A stretch of DNA of 62,407 bases, filler included. It is 5 parts of 5 records of this genome, joined end to end, with 100 filler letters (N's around TTAATTAATTAA, not from the genome) between each part and the next. Parts side by side here need not be neighbours in the genome. Positions count along the whole stretch, not along the records: positions 1 to 27,394 come from SRR20825010_1911; 4 more parts are not named here. One strand, 5' to 3'. Each line of letters starts with the position of its first letter. Within the stretch, counting starts at the first letter, position 1. The translations under genes were made by a program, and so were the position numbers. The notes under the pieces were generated by a model that worked only from the letters and a program-made list of their open reading frames with translations, was not told the origin of the DNA and searched no databases. Below, in pieces: positions 1-9,898 of the stretch.

Positions 1-55
1 ATAGCGCACCTGATTACGGCTCAGGAGGTTCCAGGTTTGAATCCTGGCAAGGTCA
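1..55 (+). tRNA. tRNA-Arg(ACG), 5'-truncated by window start
   Basis: Anticodon arm CCTGA-TTACGGC-TCAGG, T arm CCAGG-TTTGAAT-CCTGG, 3' acceptor strand CAAGGTC-A; no encoded CCA. Confidence 0.9.
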
Positions 56-59
56 CTAC

Positions 60-95
60 AAAATTCCGGACTTTTTAAGTTCGGAATTTTTTTTT
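60..95 (+). terminator. Intrinsic terminator after tRNA-Arg
   Basis: AAAATTCCGGACTT/AAGTTCGGAATTTT stem followed by a T run. Confidence 0.75.
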
Positions 96-111
96 GACTA
101 TTTTTAACCAG

Positions 112-624
112 ATGGATATAGAAAAATACATTCGGAATATAGCTGATTTTCCTAAGCAGGGTATTCAGTTTAAGGATATTACTCCTTTGTTAGCTAATAA
201 AGAGGCTTCTACGCAATGTTTGGAAGATTTGTTGCAAATGATAGGAGATCAAAAAATTGATAAGGTTGTTGGAATCGAGTCTCGGGGGTTTTTCTTTGGA
301 ACGTTGCTTGCACAAAAGCTTAATGCAGGGTTTATACCTATCAGAAAGCCTGGAAAACTTCCTTATACAACTTTAAAAGAGTCGTACAAATTAGAGTATG
401 GGATTGATGCGCTTGAAATTCATGAAGATGCTATTAAAAAAGGGGATCGTGTTTTGCTACATGATGATGTTTTGGCAACTGGTGGTACTGCAAGCGCGGC
501 TTGTAGTTTGATTGAAAAATTGGGTGGAGAAATTGTACAGTGTAATTTTTTGATTGAACTGAAAGATTTGAATGGAATTAAGAAGTTAAATAATCGTTCA
601 GTGAGATCATTGCTTAAGTATTAA
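112..624 (+). CDS. apt: Adenine phosphoribosyltransferase
   Basis: DFPKQGIQFKDITPLL, GIESRGF, RKPGKLP and PRPP-binding LLHDDVLATGGT motifs; ATG at 112 preferred over TTG at 94. Confidence 0.95.
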   Translation: MDIEKYIRNIADFPKQGIQFKDITPLLANKEASTQCLEDLLQMIGDQKIDKVVGIESRGFFFGTLLAQKLNAGFIPIRKPGKLPYTTLKESYKLEYGIDALEIHEDAIKKGDRVLLHDDVLATGGTASAACSLIEKLGGEIVQCNFLIELKDLNGIKKLNNRSVRSLLKY

Positions 625-773
625 TCTAATGTATTTTTTGTTACCCATAATTTATAAGCGAAAATAGCCATTTGGAGCTTTGAAGCGCTTTCTAGGTTTA
701 CACCTTTCTTCGTGAAGCTTGGCAAGACTTTTCTGTTTAATTTTGATAGTATTTTAAAAACTTTCTTCTTCAC
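621..773 (-). CDS. Small basic protein (50 aa), not in ORF track
   Basis: Hand translation from GTG: MKKKVFKILSKLNRKVLPSFTKKGVNLESASKLQMAIFAYKLWVTKNTLD; resembles a conserved flavobacterial small protein (recalled, not searched). Confidence 0.65.
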   Translation of the reverse strand: MKKKVFKILSKLNRKVLPSFTKKGVNLESASKLQMAIFAYKLWVTKNTLD

Positions 774-940
774 AGTGTTTTAAATTTCTTATGAAATTAC
801 ACATTTTAAAACAATCTTTATTTAAAACGAAGTTAAAAAAAGGTAGTTGCACTTCCTATATATTAAAACTTTAAGAAGTGTGTTGAATAGCTATTTATTT
901 CATTTCGGTATTTAGTATCTTCGCAGCCAAATCAAAGTGT

Positions 941-1894
941 ATGGAGTATTTATATGTTTTTTTAGGATTGGTATTATTGGTCGTTGGAGGTGAGTTTTTA
1001 GTTCGTTCATCTGTAGCGCTTTCGTTTAGGCTTCATATATCTAAGATGATAATAGGATTAACAGTTGTTTCATTTGCAACTTCTGCTCCTGAACTATTAG
1101 TAAGTCTACAAGCTGCATTAAACGGGTTTTCAGATATCTCTTTAGGGAACGTAATAGGTTCAAACATAGCGAATATAGGGTTAGTGTTGGGGATTACAGC
1201 AATAATTTCGCCTTTAGCAATTGATAAAGGGTTTTATAAACTGAATTGGCCAGTAATGATGGTGCTTTCTATAGCATTGTATTTTATATTAAAGAGCGGC
1301 AATGTAATAACGCGCTCAGAAGGTGTTGCATTGTTGTTGATGCTTTTGGTGTATCTCTGGGTTTTAATAAAACAAGCAAAGAATGAAAGGAGCACCATGC
1401 CTGTTGATGACAGTATTGATGAAGGTTTATCTAAAACTTCAAACTTTAAAATAATTGTTTGGTTATTAATAGGAGGAGTTTCGCTGTATGCAGGAAGTGA
1501 ATTCTTGGTGAATGGCGCTGTAGCTTTGGCTGAAGGGTTTGGTGTAAGTGAACGTGTAATTGCAGTTACCATGATTGCGGTAGGCACAAGCATTCCAGAG
1601 TTAGCGGCCTCGGTTATAGCAGCACTTAAAAAGGAAAAAGCTATTTCTCTTGGAAACCTTATTGGGTCAAACATATTTAATATTTCTTCTGTGTTGGGAA
1701 TAACTGCTATAATTCAACCTATTTTCGTTAAAAGTGAAGAAGTACTTACAAATGATATCTTTTGGATGATTGGTTTTTCTGCAATAATACTTCCATTGAT
1801 ATTTTTACCTAAAAGATTTCAGCTTGGGCGTAAAAGAGGGGTTTTATTAGTAGCTGCCTATGCAATCTTTATAGGAATGACTATCTTAAAATAA
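941..1894 (+). CDS. Calcium/sodium antiporter (CaCA family, YrbG-like)
   Basis: Two alpha repeats ATSAPEL...GNVIGSNIAN and GTSIPEL...GNLIGSNIFN; many TM helices. Confidence 0.92.
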   Translation: MEYLYVFLGLVLLVVGGEFLVRSSVALSFRLHISKMIIGLTVVSFATSAPELLVSLQAALNGFSDISLGNVIGSNIANIGLVLGITAIISPLAIDKGFYKLNWPVMMVLSIALYFILKSGNVITRSEGVALLLMLLVYLWVLIKQAKNERSTMPVDDSIDEGLSKTSNFKIIVWLLIGGVSLYAGSEFLVNGAVALAEGFGVSERVIAVTMIAVGTSIPELAASVIAALKKEKAISLGNLIGSNIFNISSVLGITAIIQPIFVKSEEVLTNDIFWMIGFSAIILPLIFLPKRFQLGRKRGVLLVAAYAIFIGMTILK

Positions 1895-1909
1895 ACTATT
1901 TTGTTTCTA

Positions 1910-1927
1910 CCCCTATAATTTTAGGGG
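1910..1927. promoter_or_regulatory. Palindrome CCCCTA-N6-TAGGGG upstream of GS-III, candidate operator
   Basis: GC-rich inverted repeat in an AT-rich spacer; second TAGGGG half-site at 1974-1979. Confidence 0.45.
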
Positions 1928-2032
1928 GTGATTGCTTTATTTTTGCAATTGATATAAATTAAATTGTAAAAAATAGGGGGTTGTTTTGTTTTTTGTATAT
2001 TTTTGCATTGTCAAATAATAAAAACAAAAGCG

Positions 2033-4219
2033 ATGCCAACTTTAAGATTTCATGCCATTAAGGAAACGTACAAAAGAATTCCAGTACCAGTAACAGAACC
2101 AGAAAGACGTTCCGAGATTTTTGGAAAAAACGTGTTTAATGAAGGTGCAATGCGCCAGTATCTTACAAAAGATTCATTTAAAAGTGTTATGGATGCCATT
2201 GAAAATGGGTCTAAAATAGAGCGTCATATAGCAGATCACATTTCGACTGGGATGAAGGAGTGGGCAATTGGAAAAGGAGCTACGCATTATACACACTGGT
2301 TTCAACCTTTAACTGGTGCAACAGCGGAAAAACACGATGCTTTTTTTGAAACAATAGATAACGGTCAGGCTATTGAGAAATTTGGTGGCGGACAATTAGT
2401 ACAACAAGAGCCAGATGCTTCAAGTTTTCCGAATGGTGGAATACGAAATACGTTTGAAGCTAGAGGATATACCGCTTGGGATCCTACATCGCCTGCTTTT
2501 GTGTATGGAACTACCTTGTGTATACCAACGGTTTTTGTTTCATATACAGGAGAAGCGCTAGATTATAAAACGCCTTTGCTTCGTGCGTTACAATCTATAG
2601 ATAATGCAGCAACTGCTGTGGCAAAGTATTTTGATAAGAACGTAACTAAAGTAAATGCAACCTTAGGGTGGGAGCAAGAATACTTTTTGGTAGATAGTGC
2701 TTTGGCTGCATCACGTCCAGATATTTCATTGGCAGGTAGAACGCTGTTAGGGCATTCTTCAGCAAAAGGACAACAGTTGGATGATCATTATTTTGGATCG
2801 ATACCTTCAAGAGTGCTTAATTTTATGCGTCAATTGGAAACGGAATGTATGTTACTTGGTATTCCTGTGAAAACAAGACATAATGAAGTTGCGCCAAACC
2901 AATTTGAACTAGCTCCTATTTTTGAAGAAACGAACTTAGCGGTAGATCACAACTCCTTATTGATGGATTTAATGCATAAAGTTGCTGAAAAACATAACTT
3001 TAAGGTTCTTTTTCATGAAAAACCTTTTGCAAATGTAAACGGAAGTGGGAAGCATAATAACTGGTCGTTAGCAACAAACACGGGTGTTAACCTTCTAGGG
3101 CCAGGAAGTACACCAATGAAGAACCTTCAGTTTCTTACCTTCTTTATTAATACACTTAAAGCGGTTAATGAGCATGAAGAACTATTGAGAGCATCGATTG
3201 CAAGCGCGAGTAACGATCACCGTTTGGGTGCAAATGAAGCTCCACCAGCAATAATTTCAGCATTTATTGGTTCACAGTTAACGGATGTGCTTGATGAGCT
3301 TGAAAAAGTAACCAGTGGTAAACTTTCACCGCAGGAAAAAACAGATCTTAAGCTGAATGTGGTTGGCAAAATTCCAGAAATTCTTTTAGATAATACAGAT
3401 AGAAATAGAACGTCTCCGTTTGCTTTCACAGGAAATAAGTTTGAGTTCCGTGCGGTAGGTTCTACTGCAAACTGTGCGAACCCAATGACAATTTTGAATG
3501 CAATTGTTGCAAGACAACTAATAGATTTCAAAGAAGAAGTTGATGCATTGATAAAAAATAAGAAGATGAAGAAGGATGATGCCATCTTCAATGTTCTTAA
3601 AGAGTATATAAAAGATTCGAAAAGGATTCGATTTGAAGGTGATGGTTATGGTGAGGCATGGGAAAAGGAAGCTGCGAAGCGTGGTTTGAGCAATCATAAA
3701 ACAACACCTGAAGCATTGAAAGCGAAAGTTTCTAAAAAGACGATTTCACTTTTTGAAGGGCTTGGCATTATGAGCAAAATTGAACTTGAAGCTCGTTATG
3801 AAATTGAAATGGAGGATTATGCAATGCGTATTCAAATAGAAGGACGTATTCTAGGTGACATTGCACGAAACCATGTAATACCAACAGCAATTCGTTATCA
3901 GAATATTTTGATTGAAAACGTTCGTGGGTTAAAGGATATATACGGAACGGACTTTAAAAAGCTATCTAAGGAACAGATGGTTCTAATTGAGGAGATTAGC
4001 GAGCATATTGCTAAGATTAACAAGGGAATTACTGATATGATTGAGGCTAGAAAGAAGTCTAATAAGCTAGAAAATATAGAAAAGAAGGCATTTGCGTATT
4101 GTGAAGAAGTAAAACCATTCTTTGAAGTAATTAGATACCATTGTGATAAGCTGGAACTTTTAGTTGATGATGAAATATGGCCATTAACTAAGTACAGAGA
4201 GCTTTTGTTCACTAAATAA
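2033..4219 (+). CDS. glnA: Glutamine synthetase type III
   Basis: About 730 aa; HWFQPLTG, EPDASSFPNGG, HNEVAPNQFE, HRLGANEAPP, DRNRTSPFAFTGNKFEFRAVG. Confidence 0.95.
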   Translation: MPTLRFHAIKETYKRIPVPVTEPERRSEIFGKNVFNEGAMRQYLTKDSFKSVMDAIENGSKIERHIADHISTGMKEWAIGKGATHYTHWFQPLTGATAEKHDAFFETIDNGQAIEKFGGGQLVQQEPDASSFPNGGIRNTFEARGYTAWDPTSPAFVYGTTLCIPTVFVSYTGEALDYKTPLLRALQSIDNAATAVAKYFDKNVTKVNATLGWEQEYFLVDSALAASRPDISLAGRTLLGHSSAKGQQLDDHYFGSIPSRVLNFMRQLETECMLLGIPVKTRHNEVAPNQFELAPIFEETNLAVDHNSLLMDLMHKVAEKHNFKVLFHEKPFANVNGSGKHNNWSLATNTGVNLLGPGSTPMKNLQFLTFFINTLKAVNEHEELLRASIASASNDHRLGANEAPPAIISAFIGSQLTDVLDELEKVTSGKLSPQEKTDLKLNVVGKIPEILLDNTDRNRTSPFAFTGNKFEFRAVGSTANCANPMTILNAIVARQLIDFKEEVDALIKNKKMKKDDAIFNVLKEYIKDSKRIRFEGDGYGEAWEKEAAKRGLSNHKTTPEALKAKVSKKTISLFEGLGIMSKIELEARYEIEMEDYAMRIQIEGRILGDIARNHVIPTAIRYQNILIENVRGLKDIYGTDFKKLSKEQMVLIEEISEHIAKINKGITDMIEARKKSNKLENIEKKAFAYCEEVKPFFEVIRYHCDKLELLVDDEIWPLTKYRELLFTK

Positions 4220-4238
4220 GTATGCTATAAATAGTATT

Positions 4239-4273
4239 AAAAGCCGATTAAAACCCTTTAATCGGCTTTTTTT
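4239..4273 (+). terminator. Intrinsic terminator after glnA
   Basis: AAAAGCCGATTAAA/TTTAATCGGCTTTT stem plus T run. Confidence 0.8.
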
Positions 4274-4374
4274 ATAGCTTTAATTTTTCCGATTGCTTGC
4301 TTCGGTTAATATAGTAAGCCCACATCTTTGTGGACTTTTTTTTAATCCGTACTTTTGCGGAATAAAACAGTTCA

Positions 4375-5553
4375 ATGAGTAAGGAAATTTCTAAACGCTA
4401 CGCACAACGAGGCGTTTCTGCCGGTAAAGAAGATGTGCATAATGCCATAAAGAATGTTGACAAAGGCATTTTTCCGAAGGCATTCTGTAAAATTGTTCCA
4501 GATTATCTAACAAACGATGCTGATTATTGTTTGATTATGCATGCTGATGGCGCAGGTACAAAATCTTCTTTGGCATATACCTATTGGAAAGAAACTGGAG
4601 ATTTATCTGTTTGGAAAGGCATAGCACAAGATGCTTTAGTGATGAATATTGACGACCTATTGTGTGTTGGTGCGGTAGATAATATCATGCTTTCTTCAAC
4701 AATTGGACGTAATAAGAGCCTTATTACAGGAGATGTTATTTCTGCAATTATTAATGGCACGGAAGCGTTAATTGCTGAAATGAAAACCTTTGGTGTAACC
4801 ATTCATGCTACAGGTGGTGAGACCGCTGATGTTGGGGATTTGGTGCGTACTATAATTGTAGACTCTACTGTTACTGCGCGCATGAACCGTAAGGATGTTA
4901 TAGACAATGCAAATATAAAACCAGGCGATGTTATTGTTGGTTTGGCTTCTTTTGGGCAAGCTACTTATGAAAAGGAATATAACGGAGGTATGGGTAGTAA
5001 TGGGCTTACTTCTGCAAGGCATGATGTTTTTGAAAAACAGTTAGCAACTAAATACCCAGAAAGCTTTGATGCTTCCGTACCAGAAGAATTAGTTTATTCT
5101 GGTTCAAAAAAACTACAAGATTCGGTTGTGGATAGCCCTTTGGATGCGGGAAAACTGGTACTTTCACCAACCCGAACCTATGCGCCTATTATTAAGGAAA
5201 TTCTGTCGCAATTTACCAATAAAGAAATACACGGAATGGTGCATTGTAGTGGTGGAGCGCAGACAAAGATTCTTCACTTTGTGGAAAATCTTCATATAAT
5301 TAAAGATAATTTATTTGAAGCGCCTCCACTATTTAAGCTTATCCAAGCGGAAAGCAAAACAGAGTGGAAGGAGATGTATCAAGTGTTTAATATGGGGCAT
5401 AGAATGGAGCTTTATGTGCCTGAAGAAATTGCGGAAGCCATCATTAAAATTTCAAATTCATTTAATGTGGAGGCTCAAATTGTTGGTAGCGTTGAAGCTT
5501 CGGAAACAAAAAAGCTTACAATTAAATCTACATATGGGGAGTTTGTTTATTAA
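4375..5553 (+). CDS. purM: Phosphoribosylformylglycinamidine cyclo-ligase (Bacteroidetes-type AIR synthase)
   Basis: HADGAGTKS, GGETADVGD, GSNGLTSARH, VFNMGHRME motifs; TACTTTTG -7 promoter element upstream. Confidence 0.85.
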   Translation: MSKEISKRYAQRGVSAGKEDVHNAIKNVDKGIFPKAFCKIVPDYLTNDADYCLIMHADGAGTKSSLAYTYWKETGDLSVWKGIAQDALVMNIDDLLCVGAVDNIMLSSTIGRNKSLITGDVISAIINGTEALIAEMKTFGVTIHATGGETADVGDLVRTIIVDSTVTARMNRKDVIDNANIKPGDVIVGLASFGQATYEKEYNGGMGSNGLTSARHDVFEKQLATKYPESFDASVPEELVYSGSKKLQDSVVDSPLDAGKLVLSPTRTYAPIIKEILSQFTNKEIHGMVHCSGGAQTKILHFVENLHIIKDNLFEAPPLFKLIQAESKTEWKEMYQVFNMGHRMELYVPEEIAEAIIKISNSFNVEAQIVGSVEASETKKLTIKSTYGEFVY

Positions 5554-5617
5554 AGCTAAGATTGTAATTAGCTTCAATAATAATGCAATGAACCAAAGTC
5601 TGTTTGGCTTAAAGGGT

Positions 5618-6322
5618 TTAAATTTTGTAACCTTTAATTAGCTTATATTCTGTTGATTCTATTCCGTATTGCGATTTTACGGTATCTTTTATAGTTTGCG
5701 TACGTTTTGCAAGATCGTCGTATTGCGAGTTCCGTATATCTTTAGCGGGTTTTAATTGGCTATAGGCTGTTGTAACGGATGTGTTTGCGGCTGTTAAGGA
5801 ATCTAACAACGTACTTAATTGTTCTAACGTTATTTTTGGGTTTGTGGGCTGGTATGCTGCTAAATAACTTGAGAGTGTAGCAATAATATCGATAAAATAA
5901 TGTGTTTGACTTCCGTAGGAGCGATGTGATTGAGATACAAATTCGCCTTCTTCATCTCTTTTTAGGTTTTTAGTGTTTTCACCTCTAATTTTGTTAACGA
6001 GATTGATAATATCTGTTGCTTGTTTGGATGTTTTACCAAATTTTGCTTTAATATAAGCAGCTATTGGAGAGAGGATTCTTGCTAAAGAAGTTGGGTCTTT
6101 TTGAAAAAGGTTTTGGCGAATATCTACTGCCAATGAGAACTGAGATTGTTTGTTAGCAATGATGTTGTTATTGCTTTCAATTTCTGAGATTAGTGCGTTG
6201 TACGCTACTACTGTGGCTGTTGGTGTTAGGGCAAGGTAGTCTGTAAAGTTGGTAAGATTTGTTGCTAGTTGCTCTGCATTGAATATGCGAGATCCGAAGG
6301 TTTTTTCTGAGCGTGAGGCCAT
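5618..6322 (-). CDS. Hypothetical all-helical protein with internal duplication
   Basis: 234 aa open frame, no recognisable catalytic motif; two 46-aa segments align without gaps (11 identities). Confidence 0.8.
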   Translation of the reverse strand: MASRSEKTFGSRIFNAEQLATNLTNFTDYLALTPTATVVAYNALISEIESNNNIIANKQSQFSLAVDIRQNLFQKDPTSLARILSPIAAYIKAKFGKTSKQATDIINLVNKIRGENTKNLKRDEEGEFVSQSHRSYGSQTHYFIDIIATLSSYLAAYQPTNPKITLEQLSTLLDSLTAANTSVTTAYSQLKPAKDIRNSQYDDLAKRTQTIKDTVKSQYGIESTEYKLIKGYKI

Positions 6323-6515
6323 GATTTCTAGTGTTTAAAAGTTAAACTTGTTTGTTTACATAGATACAGAGGGGAGTTAATTAATTTATAATCAATTGCT
6401 TATTGAAATTTAAGTCGCTTTAATTGATCTACCTAATGATTTTATGTTAAAGTTGATAATTTTTTGAACTTATGTAATTGATATTGTGAAAATTACAATG
6501 TTGATTGTGGGTGTT

Positions 6516-6704
6516 AAAAATGGCTTTGTGTGAAATGAAATAAGCATTGTGTGAAGTAAAAGGAGCAATGCAGGAAGTGAAAATGGCTTTGCAGGAAATA
6601 AAAATAGCGTTGCAGAAGATTAAAAAGCCTTTGCAGGAAGTAAAAATGACTTTATGGGAACTAAAAATGCCATTGCGGGAAATGACAGGAGTACTGCAAG
6701 AAAT
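6516..6704. repeat. Degenerate 21-bp tandem array, 9 units
   Basis: Units in exact 21-bp phase with no indels; consensus approx. RAAAATGGCWTTGCAGGAART. Confidence 0.85.
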
Positions 6705-6903
6705 GTAAAGTAGTGAGTGTATTATACTATAGCCACTGTAAGGTATTTGGGGAATGATGCGGTGGATAATGTGTGGGTATTGTATAGGCGATTATTAAAA
6801 AAGGGGGGTGAATAAAAGAAAGGAATACTTACTGATATTCCTGATTTTCTACAAATAGATTTTGCTCAAAAAATTGTAGCTTTGCACCCATTATAAAATG
6901 TAT

Positions 6904-7980
6904 ATGTTAGTCAGGCTTCAAATAATAAAACAACGTTTTGACGAGGTGAGCGACCTTATTATTCAACCAGATATAATAAGCGACCAAAAACGTTATATTC
7001 AGTTGAATAAAGAGTATAAAGACTTAAGAATATTGATGGACAAGCGATCGGAGTTTTTAGAGCTTACCGATAATGTTACTGAAGCCGAGGAAATAATTTC
7101 AGATGGAAGCGATGCGGAGATGACTGAAATGGCTAAACTTCAACTTGAAGAAGCTAAAAACCGTTTGCCAAAACTAGAAGAGGAGATAAAGTTTCTATTA
7201 GTGCCAAAAGATCCTGAAGATGCTAAAAACGCAGTGATGGAAATTAGAGCAGGAACTGGTGGTGATGAGGCAAGTATTTTTGCGGGCGATCTTTTTAGAA
7301 TGTACACAAAATACTGTGAAGGAAAAGGATGGAAAACCAACGTGATTGACTTTAATGAAGGTACAAGTGGAGGTTTTAAAGAAGTTCAGTTTGAAATTGA
7401 AGGTGAAGATGTGTATGGAACTTTAAAATTTGAAGCTGGTGTGCACCGTGTGCAACGTGTACCGCAGACTGAAACACAAGGGCGTGTGCATACAAGTGCT
7501 GCTACGGTAATGGTTTTTCCAGAAGCAGAAGAATTTGATATTGAAATTAACCCAAAGGATGTTCGTGTAGACTTTTTCTGTTCATCAGGACCAGGAGGGC
7601 AGTCTGTAAACACAACCTATTCTGCAGTACGATTAACACACGTTCCTACAGGAATTGTTGCGCAATGTCAAGATCAGAAATCGCAACACAAAAATAAAGA
7701 TAAGGCTTTTAGAGTGCTTCGTTCTAGATTGTACGATCTTGAATTGGCAAAAAAACAAGCTGAAGATGCACTAAAACGTGGCTCTATGGTAACAAGTGGA
7801 GACCGAAGTGCAAAAATTAGAACGTATAATTATCCGCAAGGGCGCGTTACCGATCACCGCATCAACTTAACGTTGTATAATCTTGGTAATATTATAAATG
7901 GAGACGTTCAAGAAATAGTTGATGAGCTTCAATTGGTGAGTAATACTGAAAAATTAAAAGAAACAGGCGAAACTTTTTAA
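6904..7980 (+). CDS. prfA: Peptide chain release factor 1
   Basis: GGQ motif ([10 protein letters not shown]), PxT specificity loop (RVPQTE), [15 protein letters not shown]; start at 6898 or 6904. Confidence 0.97.
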   Translation: MLVRLQIIKQRFDEVSDLIIQPDIISDQKRYIQLNKEYKDLRILMDKRSEFLELTDNVTEAEEIISDGSDAEMTEMAKLQLEEAKNRLPKLEEEIKFLLVPKDPEDAKNAVMEIRAGTGGDEASIFAGDLFRMYTKYCEGKGWKTNVIDFNEGTSGGFKEVQFEIEGEDVYGTLKFEAGVHRVQRVPQTETQGRVHTSAATVMVFPEAEEFDIEINPKDVRVDFFCSSGPGGQSVNTTYSAVRLTHVPTGIVAQCQDQKSQHKNKDKAFRVLRSRLYDLELAKKQAEDALKRGSMVTSGDRSAKIRTYNYPQGRVTDHRINLTLYNLGNIINGDVQEIVDELQLVSNTEKLKETGETF

Positions 7981-8007
7981 TAGTATAAACTTCTGAAATA
8001 TAATAGT

Positions 8008-8829
8008 ATGACCACAGATAAATTGATTTCAGAGATTAAGCGGAAAAATTCTTTTCTATGTGTAGGTTTGGATGTAGATATTGAAAAGATACCTACATTT
8101 CTTTTAAAAGAAGAAGACCCTATTTTTTCTTTTAACAAAGCTATTATAGATGCTACGCACGAGTTTGCGGTAGCATACAAGCCAAACACAGCTTTTTATG
8201 AGGCTTATGGCATAGCTGGTTGGAAATCGTTAGAGAAAACCATAAAATACTTAAACGAAACGTATCCAGAGGTATTTACAATTGCAGATGCAAAACGTGG
8301 TGATATAGGAAATACATCGTCTCGGTACGCTAAAGCTTTTTTTGAAGATTTAGGGTTTGATTCGGTTACTGTTGCGCCTTATATGGGTAAAGATTCTGTA
8401 GAGCCATTTCTAGCTTTTGAAGATAAACATACTATTTTACTAGCGTTAACATCTAATGAAGGAGCTTTTGATTTTCAAACGCAGCAGGTTGATGGGCAAG
8501 AATTGTACAAACAGGTTCTTGGTGTTTCAAAAGGATGGAAACATAGTGAAAATTTGATGTATGTGGTTGGTGCTACAAAGGCTGAGTATTTTGCAGAGAT
8601 TAGAAAGATTATTCCTGATAGTTTTTTGTTAGTTCCTGGCATTGGTGCGCAAGGCGGAAACTTAAAAGATGTTTGTAAATATGGATTAACGAAACAAGTT
8701 GGTCTGCTTGTGAATTCTTCACGAGGAATAATTTATGCTTCAAATAAAGAAGATTTTGCGGAAGCTTCAGCACAAGAAGCTAAAAGTATTCAAATTGAAA
8801 TGAAAACCATACTTGATGGAATTCGTTGA
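8008..8829 (+). CDS. pyrF: Orotidine-5'-phosphate decarboxylase
   Basis: [41 protein letters not shown]. Confidence 0.95.
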   Translation: MTTDKLISEIKRKNSFLCVGLDVDIEKIPTFLLKEEDPIFSFNKAIIDATHEFAVAYKPNTAFYEAYGIAGWKSLEKTIKYLNETYPEVFTIADAKRGDIGNTSSRYAKAFFEDLGFDSVTVAPYMGKDSVEPFLAFEDKHTILLALTSNEGAFDFQTQQVDGQELYKQVLGVSKGWKHSENLMYVVGATKAEYFAEIRKIIPDSFLLVPGIGAQGGNLKDVCKYGLTKQVGLLVNSSRGIIYASNKEDFAEASAQEAKSIQIEMKTILDGIR

Positions 8830-9598
8830 TCAATTAAATAATGTAGTTACCCTTTCTAAGACACCTTCGCGTATAGTTTCATTAGTTCCATCTCAAACAG
8901 AGTTATTGGTTGACTTTGGTTTGCGTGACAACATTGTAGGAATAACGAAATTCTGTATTCATCCAACTAATTTAAGGGAAAATACAACTGTTGTTGGGGG
9001 AACGAAGAAGGTTAATTTCAAAAAAATTAAAACGCTTAAGCCAGATTTAATTATTTGCAATAAAGAAGAGAACACGGAGGCGATGGTGCGGGAGTTGGAA
9101 GCGATAGCGCCCGTCTGGATTAGTGATATTAATACTATTGCTGAATGTGTTAGTATGATTGAGAAGCTTGGAGCGGTGCTAAATGTTACAGAAAAGGCAT
9201 CGGCTATAGTTTTGAGGATAGAAAAGGAGTTAAAAGACTTTGAGGTTTTTATAGAAGGTAAACTTCCGAAGAGAGTACTTTATTTGATTTGGAAAGATCC
9301 TTATATGGCAGCTGGAAAACCTACATTCATCGATGCGTTATTGCGCTTAAATAAGTTTGAAAATTGTATTACTAATGAAGTTTCTAGGTATCCTGAGGTA
9401 AATTTAGAACTGCTTAATGAAGTAGATTTAATTTTACTTTCTACGGAGCCTTATCCATTTAAAGAAAGCCATGTTTTAAGCATAGAAGCTGAGGTTAACG
9501 CTAAAGTTAGGTTGGTGGATGGGGAATATTTTAGCTGGTATGGCACACGATTACTTAATGCGTTTAAATATTTTAAAACACTGCATACAGTATTTTAA
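8813..9598 (+). CDS. Helical-backbone metal receptor (BtuF-like substrate-binding protein)
   Basis: [39 protein letters not shown]. Confidence 0.8.
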   Translation: MMEFVDQLNNVVTLSKTPSRIVSLVPSQTELLVDFGLRDNIVGITKFCIHPTNLRENTTVVGGTKKVNFKKIKTLKPDLIICNKEENTEAMVRELEAIAPVWISDINTIAECVSMIEKLGAVLNVTEKASAIVLRIEKELKDFEVFIEGKLPKRVLYLIWKDPYMAAGKPTFIDALLRLNKFENCITNEVSRYPEVNLELLNEVDLILLSTEPYPFKESHVLSIEAEVNAKVRLVDGEYFSWYGTRLLNAFKYFKTLHTVF

Positions 9599-9775
9599 TT
9601 ACTCCCTTTGTAATCTTGAAAGGTATTTGATTTCTTGAAAAATTATATCGGCTTGTTGATGCATTTTTTCACTCTTTGCTTCATCTTTTAAAGCTGTTTC
9701 AAAGGATCTCTTCATTAAAAGGCGGTATTTCGCTTTTAATTTTTCAATACGTGACTTTTTTCTAAACCAACTCAT
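9599..9775 (-). CDS. Small helical protein (58 aa), Lacal_2735-like, not in ORF track
   Basis: Hand translation: MSWFRKKSRIEKLKAKYRLLMKRSFETALKDEAKSEKMHQQADIIFQEIKYLSRLQRE. Confidence 0.65.
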   Translation of the reverse strand: MSWFRKKSRIEKLKAKYRLLMKRSFETALKDEAKSEKMHQQADIIFQEIKYLSRLQRE

Positions 9776-9898
9776 TACTATTGCTTTAAGTTACTTGTGC
9801 AAAAGTAATTTTCAAATAAAAAAAGGAGTATTAAAGTCAGGTTAATTGTATCATAAAAATACTTAAGTGACTTTTTTAAATACTATTATAGTGTTTGA

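Noticed and set aside
6516-6704. CRISPR array
   Set aside because: Units are contiguous and degenerate with no unique spacers; no cas genes in view.
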